Positions 25,952-32,000 of a stretch of 32,000 nucleotides of DNA are shown here, piece after piece. The translations under genes and the position numbers were made by a program. This DNA comes from an uncultured Eubacteriales bacterium. GTDB taxonomy: Bacteria; Bacillota; Clostridia; TANB77; UBA1234. The notes under the pieces were generated by a model. That model was not told the DNA's origin, did no database searches, and worked only from the letters and a program-made list of their open reading frames with translations. The stretch is from NCBI GenBank assembly GCA_964602275.1, contig CAZRQF010000002.1, forward strand, positions 12,415 to 44,414, read 5' to 3'. Position 1 is the first letter of the stretch. Every line of letters starts with the position of its first letter.

Positions 25952-26049
25952 AATTAAACAAATTAAAATGTCCGTTTTTTTAAAATTTTAAGAAGCGGAC
26001 ATTTGACATGTATGATATAATAACTAAAAAAAGAAGGATGTGATATTTT

Positions 26050-27157
26050 ATGTTAGAGCTTGACGAAGCAAAGTATGCAATGAAAGACTTAACCAGAAGA
26101 CTTAAAGAAATGGGTGAATCTCTTTGACATTGCTACTAAAATGGCACGATTAAAAGAACTAGAAGAGATGACTAACCAATCCGAATTTTGGAGTGACACA
26201 AATAAATCTAGTGTTGTTTTGAAAGAAATCAAGATATTGAAAGATAAATTAGAAAAATATAAAAAAGTGAATTCTTTGCATGAAGATACGCTTGTCTTGA
26301 TTGATTTGGGAAATGAAGAAAATGATGAAGATATACTTTTAGAAGTAAAGCACAACATAAAAGAGTTAACTAAAGAGATTGAAAAGCTTGAAATAGAAAA
26401 TTTACTTGCTGGCAAAAATGACCAAAATAATGCAATAGTGACTATTCACCCTGGAGCAGGTGGAACTGAAGCACAAGATTGGGCTGAAATGCTTTATAGA
26501 ATGTATACGATGTGGGCTGAAAAAAATGGCTACAAAGTAGAAGAATTAGATTATTTAGATGGCGACGGAGCAGGTATAAAGAGTGTTACTTTTAGTGTTA
26601 ATGGTGCGAATAGCTATGGATATTTAAAAGGCGAAAATGGAGTACACAGGCTTGTTAGAATATCACCTTTTGATGCAGGCGGAAGAAGACATACTTCGTT
26701 TGCTTCGGTAGAAGTAATACCAGAAATAGACGATAGCATTGAAATTGAAATAGACCCAAATGATTTGAAAGTAGACACATACAGATCAAGCGGAGCTGGC
26801 GGACAACATGTAAACAAAACTGAGTCAGCAATTAGAATAACACATATTCCTACAAACATAGTTGTTTCGTGTCAAACGCAGCGTTCACAAATTCAAAATA
26901 GAGAAACAGCAATGAAAATGTTAATGTCAAAATTATTTGAGCTAAAAGAAAAAGAAAATAAAGAAAAGATAGAAGACTTAAAAGGAATACAAAGAGAAAT
27001 TGCATGGGGAAGTCAAATTCGTTCTTATGTATTTTGCCCGTATACAATGGTAAAAGACCATAGAACTAATTTTGAAACAGGTAATGTTCAAGCTGTTATG
27101 GATGGCGAATTAGACGATTTTATAGATGCATACTTAAAAATGAATATGACGAAATAA
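26050..27157 (+). CDS. prfB: Peptide chain release factor 2, requires programmed +1 frameshift (26050-26124 joined to 26126-27157)
   Basis: ORF0 MLELDEAKYAMKDLTRRLKEMGESL ends at the in-frame TGA at 26125-26127. The +1 frame continues DIATKMARLKELEEM... with the SPF and GGQ motifs. Confidence 0.93.
26113..26128 (+). other. RF2 autoregulatory frameshift site
   Basis: The SD-like GGTGA lies 4 nt upstream of the canonical CTT TGA C site. Confidence 0.9.
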
Positions 27158-27191
27158 TCGCATATTTTAGATAGCTATAGTAAAAAAATAA

Positions 27192-27220
27192 TTGACTTTT
27201 CTAAGAAAAGATAGTATTAT
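27192..27220 (+). promoter_or_regulatory. Promoter of the pheST leader
   Basis: TTGACT (27192-27197), a 17-nt spacer and TATTAT (27215-27220). Confidence 0.6.
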
Positions 27221-27226
27221 TTAGGT

Positions 27227-27462
27227 ATTGTTTACGATGAAGATATTTTAGTAGTTTATTTGTATCTTGTAGGAAAGAGAAATCGTCGACTGAAAGTTTC
27301 TCTAAGCTCTATAAATAAATGAATTTCACTATTGGAGTTTAACACGAGCGTAGAGCGTTAATCTACTTTAAGTGCTAATCGTTTGGATTAGAATATGGGT
27401 GGTACCACGGAAAATAATTAGTTTTTTCGTCCCTGACATTTTTATGATGTCAGGGACTTTTT
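27227..27462 (+). promoter_or_regulatory. T-box riboswitch leader (Phe specifier)
   Basis: An AGAGA element is followed by a specifier-loop region GAAAGUUUCUC containing UUU/UUC at 27297-27300. The conserved T-box sequence AATATGGGTGGTACCACGG lies at 27392-27410. A terminator or antiterminator follows. Confidence 0.85.
27429..27462 (+). terminator. T-box terminator hairpin
   Basis: GTCCCTGACAT pairs with ATGTCAGGGAC over 11 bp across a 7-nt loop, followed by TTTTT. Confidence 0.85.
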
Positions 27463-27511
27463 GATGTTGTACCAATATTATAAATTTATATATAACGAAA
27501 GGAAGGTTTGT

Positions 27512-28567
27512 ATGCAAGAAAAAATTGAGCAATTAAAAAAAGAAATAGCTACAAAAATTGCAGATGTAAAAACCATACAAGAGCTTAATGATGTAAAAGC
27601 TTTGTACATGGGTAAGAAAGGAATAATTACAGAACTTAATAATGGGATTAAAGATGTAGCACCAGAAGAAAAGAAAGAATATGGAATGCTAGTAAATTCA
27701 GTTAGAACTTTATTTAATGATTTGTTTGTGGCTACACAGACAAAAATTCAAGAAGAAATTGTAAATGAAAAATTGAAAAAAGATACGATTGATATTTCTT
27801 TACCTAGTAAAAAGATAAAAAGAGGTTCAAAACACCCTTTAAATAGAATTATTGAAGAAGTTGAAGATTTATTTGTATCTATGGGATATGATGTTTATGA
27901 TGGACCAGAATTAGAAGATGATGAGCATTGTTTTAGACTTTTAAACTACTATGTAGGACATCCTGCAAGAGATGCACAAGATACATTCTATATTGATGAT
28001 GAATTTTTACTTAGAACTCAAACTTCCGCTTCTCAATCAAGAGTAATGCAAGCAAACAAAGAAAAATCACCAATTAGAATAATCTGTCCTGGTAAAACAT
28101 ATCGTAGAGATGATGATGCAACGCACTCACATCAATTTGCACAAGTTGAAGGACTTGTTATAGACGAAAATATTTCTCTTGCTGATTTAAAAAGAACACT
28201 TGAGATAATGGCTAGAAAGTTATTAGGAGAAAATACACAAATAAGATTTAGACCAAGCTATTTTCCATTTACAGAACCATCTTGTGAAGTTGATGTTACA
28301 TGTTTTAAATGTGGTGGAAAAGGATGCAATCTTTGTAAACAAACAGGCTGGATTGAACTTTTAGGAGCAGGAATGGTACATCCTAATGTACTTAAAATGA
28401 GCGGATATGACCCAGAGAAATATACAGGATTTGCATTTGGTACGGGGCTTGATAGACTTGCAATGTTTAAATATGCAATTACAGATATAAGACTATTATA
28501 TACAAACGATATTCGTTTCTTAGAACAATTTGACAGAAAGGATGAGGAAAATGAAGTTAAGTACTAA
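27512..28567 (+). CDS. pheS: Phenylalanine--tRNA ligase alpha subunit
   Basis: Class II motifs are present: FRPSYFPFTEPS and GFAFGTGLDRLAM. The start at ATG 27512 follows the RBS AGGAAGG. The tracked TTG 27461 lies inside the T-box terminator tail. Confidence 0.95.
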   Translation: MQEKIEQLKKEIATKIADVKTIQELNDVKALYMGKKGIITELNNGIKDVAPEEKKEYGMLVNSVRTLFNDLFVATQTKIQEEIVNEKLKKDTIDISLPSKKIKRGSKHPLNRIIEEVEDLFVSMGYDVYDGPELEDDEHCFRLLNYYVGHPARDAQDTFYIDDEFLLRTQTSASQSRVMQANKEKSPIRIICPGKTYRRDDDATHSHQFAQVEGLVIDENISLADLKRTLEIMARKLLGENTQIRFRPSYFPFTEPSCEVDVTCFKCGGKGCNLCKQTGWIELLGAGMVHPNVLKMSGYDPEKYTGFAFGTGLDRLAMFKYAITDIRLLYTNDIRFLEQFDRKDEENEVKY

Positions 28568-30920
28568 TTTTGTTAAAGATTATATAGAAATTCCAGTAGA
28601 CTATAAAACACTTGCCGATGATATGACAAATGTAGGTAATGAATATGATAGTGCTGAGAAATTAGTTAATGCAACGAACTTAGTAATCGGAGAAATATTA
28701 GAATGTGAAATGCATCCAGACTCTGATCACTTGCATGTATGTAAAGTAAATGTAGGCAAAGAAGTGCTTCAAATTGTTTGTGGTGCTCCTAATGCAAGAG
28801 TTGGAATAAAGGTTGTAGTAGCTTTAGTGGGAGCTGTACTTCCAGGTGATTTTAAAATCAAGCCTAGTAAAATCAGAGGTGTTGAGTCTTTTGGTATGAT
28901 GTGTTCACTTGAAGAATTAGGGATAGAGCATAAATATTTACGCCCAAAGGATACAGAGGGAATTATAGAACTTGGCGAAGATGCTGTTTTAGGCGAAGAC
29001 CCTATTAAATATTTACAATTAGATGATGAAGTAATAGATTTTGAGCTTACTGCAAATAGAGGAGATTTACTTAGTATTTTAGGTATGGCATATGAAATTG
29101 GTGCTATATATGACAAAAAAGTAAAACCAATTGATTTATCATATAATGAATCTATTGAAAAAATTGATGGCAAATTTAATGTAGATGTAAGAACAGAAGA
29201 TTGTCCATTATTCTTAGCTAAAAGAGTAAACAATGTAGTAATAAAAGAAAGTCCAGAATGGCTTAGAAATAGGCTTATAGCTTCTGGTATAAGACCTATA
29301 AACAATGTAGTAGATATAAGTAACTATGTAATGTTAGAAGTTGGACAACCACTTCATTTTTATGATGCTGATAAATTAGGAGATACAATTGTTGTTCGTT
29401 ATGCAAACGATAATGAAAAATTAATAACACTTGATGAACAAGAAAGAACATTAAATGAAAATGACATTGTAATTGCAAATAAAAATGAAGCAATTGGACT
29501 TGCTGGCGTAATGGGTGGTTATTCAACAGAAGTAACGGAAAGTACAAAAAATATTTTAATTGAATCTGCTATATTTGATGCTGTAAAAGTTCGTTTAACT
29601 TCTAAGAAAGTATTAAGAAGTGAAGCTAGCAATAGATTTGAAAAAGGGCTTGATCCAGAAAGAACATATATGGCAATCGAAAGAAGTTGCAATTTACTTT
29701 CAAAATATGCTGAAGCGGAAATAGTTAGTGGGCTAATCGTTCATGATAAAACAAATAAAGAAGAAAAGAAAATCGATATAACATGTGAAAAAATAAATCA
29801 AGTATTAGGTATCGAAATACCAAAAGAAGAAATTATAAGAATATTTGAAAGACTTAATTTTGAAGTTAGTGCTAACGGCAATACTTTAACAGTTTCAGTT
29901 CCATCAAGAAGACTTGATATATCAATAAAGGAAGATTTAATTGAAGAAGTGGGCCGTATATATGGTATGGATAAAATCGTCGCAAAACCAATTGTGTTGC
30001 CATTAAAAACTGGAAGTTATGATAAGGCGAAAAGAAGTGTTAGAAATAAAATGGTAGAGCTTGGACTTAATGAAACTTTAAGTTATGCTTTAATTCCAGA
30101 AAGAGAATGCCACAAGTATACTACTGATGAATTTGACACAGTAAAAATATTAGATCCAATGACAGAAGAAAGAAATGCACTTAGATATAGCTTAATTCCA
30201 TCTTTAAAAATGATATATGATTATAACAAAGCTAGAAATCAAAAGGATATTTCTATATTTGAAATTGGAAAGAGTTTCTACAAAAAAGATGGAAAATACG
30301 GAGAACAATTAAACCTTGCAGTTTTAATGACTGGCAATTATGTTGTGGGTATTAAAAAAGAGCAAGTTGATTTTTACATCATAAAAGGTGTAATGGAAGA
30401 ATTGTTAGAACATTTAGGATTTGCTGGAGAATATAAGCTAATAGCCGAAAATATACCAGTAGAGCTTCATCCAGGTCAATCTGCTAGTATAATGCTTGCC
30501 GGAGAAAAAATAGGAATAATTGGTAAGGTTCATCCTAATGTTTCAAAAGATAATATTTATGTTTTAGAAGTGAACCTTGAAAAATTATTAAACGATACTA
30601 ATAATTCTAAAAAGATGAAATATAAGGAAATATCTAAGTTCCCAAGCGTTGTAAAAGATGTTGCCTTTGTAATGAACAAAGAAATGAAATCAGAAGTTGT
30701 TGAAACTGCAATAAAAAAAGTTGGCGGAAAATTATTAACCAACATAGAAGTTTTTGATGTATATACTGGTGAAAATGTAGGAGAGAACGAAAAGTCAATC
30801 GCATACAAGCTAACTTTTAGCAATAAAGAAAAAACTTTAAGTGATGAGGAAGTGCTAGCTTTGTTTAACAAGATTATTGAAAAAGTAAGTGCAGAATGTA
30901 GTATAAGTATAAGAGTTTAA
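28551..30920 (+). CDS. pheT: Phenylalanine--tRNA ligase beta subunit
   Basis: The protein has an N-terminal tRNA-binding domain (HPDSDHLHVCKVNVG), B3/4 and B5 domains, and a C-terminal FDX-ACB domain. ATG 28551 follows GGATGAGGA and overlaps the pheS end by 17 nt. Confidence 0.95.
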   Translation: MKLSTNFVKDYIEIPVDYKTLADDMTNVGNEYDSAEKLVNATNLVIGEILECEMHPDSDHLHVCKVNVGKEVLQIVCGAPNARVGIKVVVALVGAVLPGDFKIKPSKIRGVESFGMMCSLEELGIEHKYLRPKDTEGIIELGEDAVLGEDPIKYLQLDDEVIDFELTANRGDLLSILGMAYEIGAIYDKKVKPIDLSYNESIEKIDGKFNVDVRTEDCPLFLAKRVNNVVIKESPEWLRNRLIASGIRPINNVVDISNYVMLEVGQPLHFYDADKLGDTIVVRYANDNEKLITLDEQERTLNENDIVIANKNEAIGLAGVMGGYSTEVTESTKNILIESAIFDAVKVRLTSKKVLRSEASNRFEKGLDPERTYMAIERSCNLLSKYAEAEIVSGLIVHDKTNKEEKKIDITCEKINQVLGIEIPKEEIIRIFERLNFEVSANGNTLTVSVPSRRLDISIKEDLIEEVGRIYGMDKIVAKPIVLPLKTGSYDKAKRSVRNKMVELGLNETLSYALIPERECHKYTTDEFDTVKILDPMTEERNALRYSLIPSLKMIYDYNKARNQKDISIFEIGKSFYKKDGKYGEQLNLAVLMTGNYVVGIKKEQVDFYIIKGVMEELLEHLGFAGEYKLIAENIPVELHPGQSASIMLAGEKIGIIGKVHPNVSKDNIYVLEVNLEKLLNDTNNSKKMKYKEISKFPSVVKDVAFVMNKEMKSEVVETAIKKVGGKLLTNIEVFDVYTGENVGENEKSIAYKLTFSNKEKTLSDEEVLALFNKIIEKVSAECSISIRV

Positions 30921-30963
30921 GAAGGTTGCTTTTTAAGATAAATGCGAAAATTACGGTAAACCT

Positions 30964-30992
30964 TTGACAAATATGCTGCAAGATGATATAAT
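30964..30992 (+). promoter_or_regulatory. Perfect-consensus sigma-70 promoter
   Basis: TTGACA (30964-30969), a 17-nt spacer and TATAAT (30987-30992), with TG at 30984-30985 giving an extended -10. Confidence 0.65.
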
Positions 30993-31028
30993 AGTCAAAC
31001 AATAATATCTTTTAGGAGGTACACCATT

Positions 31029-31331
31029 ATGGAAAAGCGTAGTCTTAGTGCCAACCGTAGCCACCTCGACCACATTCGGTATGTTTTGCATGTGCCTGAA
31101 AATCATGAGAAAGACTATCTTAGTGTAATGCAAAAGTATTCCGAGGAGTGGTGGCGTTCTGGCAATCCATTTAAGATTGCGAAATACCAAATGAGCGAAA
31201 GCTTATTGCTTGTTCCTTTTGTTGAGTTGCAAAATGCTCTTGAAATTGTTCTGGGGAGGCCCGTTGCTTCTTTTGAAATTTCTATTGACAATCAAAAGTT
31301 GAGAGCTGAAGTTGAAACTGCAACTGCATAA
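31029..31331 (+). CDS. Hypothetical 100-aa protein, foreign composition
   Basis: The RBS AGGAGGT lies 7-8 nt upstream. My hand count gives 124/303 G+C (41%). It uses an in-frame CGG Arg codon (31077-31079), which I did not see in frame in the native genes I checked. It has its own promoter and terminator. I recognise no family. Confidence 0.6.
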   Translation: MEKRSLSANRSHLDHIRYVLHVPENHEKDYLSVMQKYSEEWWRSGNPFKIAKYQMSESLLLVPFVELQNALEIVLGRPVASFEISIDNQKLRAEVETATA

Positions 31332-31338
31332 ATATTAT

Positions 31339-31366
31339 AGACCTGCCATTAATTGGCGGGTCTTTT
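31339..31366 (+). terminator. Rho-independent terminator
   Basis: AGACCTGCC pairs with GGCGGGTCT with one G-U pair across a 7-nt loop, followed by TTTT. Confidence 0.8.
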
Positions 31367-31383
31367 CATATGCCAAAATAGGA

Positions 31384-31412
31384 TTGACTTTTGCAGCTTT
31401 TTTATGTAAAAT
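31384..31412 (+). promoter_or_regulatory. Promoter for der
   Basis: TTGACT (31384-31389), a 17-nt spacer and TGTAAAAT (extended -10, 31405-31412). Confidence 0.55.
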
Positions 31413-31431
31413 AGATAGCGAGGTGAAAGAA

Positions 31432-32000
31432 ATGTCAAAACCAATCGTAGCGTTAATTGGAAGACCAAATGTAGGTAAATCTACATTTTTTAATTATATA
31501 GTTGGAGAAAGAATATCAATTGTGCAAGATACTCCGGGTGTAACTAGAGATAGGATATATGCAGATAGTGAATGGAGAGGAAAAAAGTTTACATTAATTG
31601 ATACAGGTGGTATAGAGCCTAAATCTGATGACGAAATACTTATTCAGATGAAAAGACAAGCGGAGCTTGCTATGGAAATGGCAGATGTCATAATATTTTT
31701 AACAGACATAAAACAAGGTGTTACCGCTTCTGATTATGAAGTAGCTACAATGCTTAGAAGAACTAGAAAACCAATAGTGCTTGTTTGCAACAAAGCTGAC
31801 AGAATAGGCGAAACACCAGCAGAGTTATATGAATTTTATAATTTAGGTTTAGGTGAGCCACTTCCAGTTTCTTCTTTGAATAAATTAGGTACGGGCGAAG
31901 TATTAGATGCCATATACGAAAAGTTTCCAGAAGATACTGAAGACGATAATGATGGCGAATATGTTCATGTTGCCATTATAGGAAAACCTAATGCGGGTAA
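31432..32000 (+). CDS. der: Ribosome biogenesis GTPase Der/EngA (5' partial, runs off the window)
   Basis: [21 protein letters not shown] (G1), DTPGVTRD and DTGG are present. The second GTPase domain begins [10 protein letters not shown] at the window edge. The RBS GAGGTGA lies upstream. Confidence 0.93.
   Translation, partial: MSKPIVALIGRPNVGKSTFFNYIVGERISIVQDTPGVTRDRIYADSEWRGKKFTLIDTGGIEPKSDDEILIQMKRQAELAMEMADVIIFLTDIKQGVTASDYEVATMLRRTRKPIVLVCNKADRIGETPAELYEFYNLGLGEPLPVSSLNKLGTGEVLDAIYEKFPEDTEDDNDGEYVHVAIIGKPNAG

Noticed and set aside
25966-26004. Hairpin AAATGTCCG...CGGACATTT after the 191-aa gene as a terminator
   Set aside because: The 9-bp stem encloses a 21-nt loop and is not followed by a U-tract. 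It overlaps the region just upstream of the prfB extended -10 (TGaTATAAT, 26013-26021). It is too weak to call a terminator.
9656-28550. Longer ORF-track starts: 9656, GTG 10219, 14123, 19993, 24731, 27461 and 28530
   Set aside because: In each case a downstream ATG has a properly spaced purine-rich RBS and gives a family-typical N-terminus. The extended start lies in a promoter, operator, terminator or the preceding gene.
28769-29305. 178-aa ORF on the minus strand inside pheT
   Set aside because: It is fully antisense to an unambiguous pheT reading frame. The product is low-complexity and S/I/L/F/P-rich, as expected from the reverse complement of an AT-rich, Glu/Lys/Asp-rich gene. It has no RBS or promoter.
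30951-31190. 79-aa minus-strand ORF overlapping the second orphan gene and its promoter
   Set aside because: It has no RBS and runs antisense through a consensus promoter and RBS that serve the + strand ORF. The terminator orientation also fits the + strand gene.
11569-31431. Idea that the whole ~20 kb between the DUF512 gene and der is one inserted island (these two genes are adjacent in some clostridia, from memory)
   Set aside because: The interval contains core genes (uvrB, prfB, pheS, pheT) of native composition and has no integrase or boundary repeats. It is more simply a lineage-specific gene order. Only the small units flagged above look acquired.
1-32000. CRISPR arrays, tandem repeats, tRNA/rRNA genes, and IS or transposase genes
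   Set aside because: Scanning by eye showed no regularly spaced direct repeats, no tRNA-like T-arm (GGTTCGAATCC-type) sequences, no rRNA-like segments and no transposase or integrase-like ORFs on either strand.

Overview
Low-GC Firmicutes-type chromosomal segment. By hand count, native genes are about 31-33% GC. Every credible gene lies on the + strand. Most of the window is housekeeping: ppa, a TPR membrane protein, uppP, folD, dprA, a class A PBP, pfk, murD, rpmF, a DUF512 PDZ/radical-SAM protein, a MATE exporter, uvrB, mntP, a TetR-MMPL operon, prfB with its programmed +1 frameshift, T-box-controlled pheS-pheT, and the 5' part of der. I saw no rRNA, tRNA, CRISPR array, transposase or integrase, and no obvious multi-gene defence island. 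Seven local oddities overlie this backbone. (1) A single-gene AAA-ATPase (COG1373/DUF4143-like) cassette sits between two copies of the first 22 nt of uvrB. (2) uvrB carries two +1 frameshifts in the identical context CT-CGG. (3) Two orphan genes of about 41-42% GC (11787-12131 and 31029-31331) each have a near-consensus promoter and a GC-rich terminator; the first follows a 190-nt leader with four hairpins. (4) A structured, terminator-containing leader precedes the MATE gene. (5) A membrane-anchored protein has a serpin-like C-terminal half and a reactive-centre-loop-like segment. (6) An orphan tandem ribbon-helix-helix protein sits where uvrA would be expected. (7) An operon of TetR, MMPL, a secreted coiled-coil protein and DUF308 has two 22-bp operator copies. 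Family assignments come from motif recognition by eye, not from database searches.
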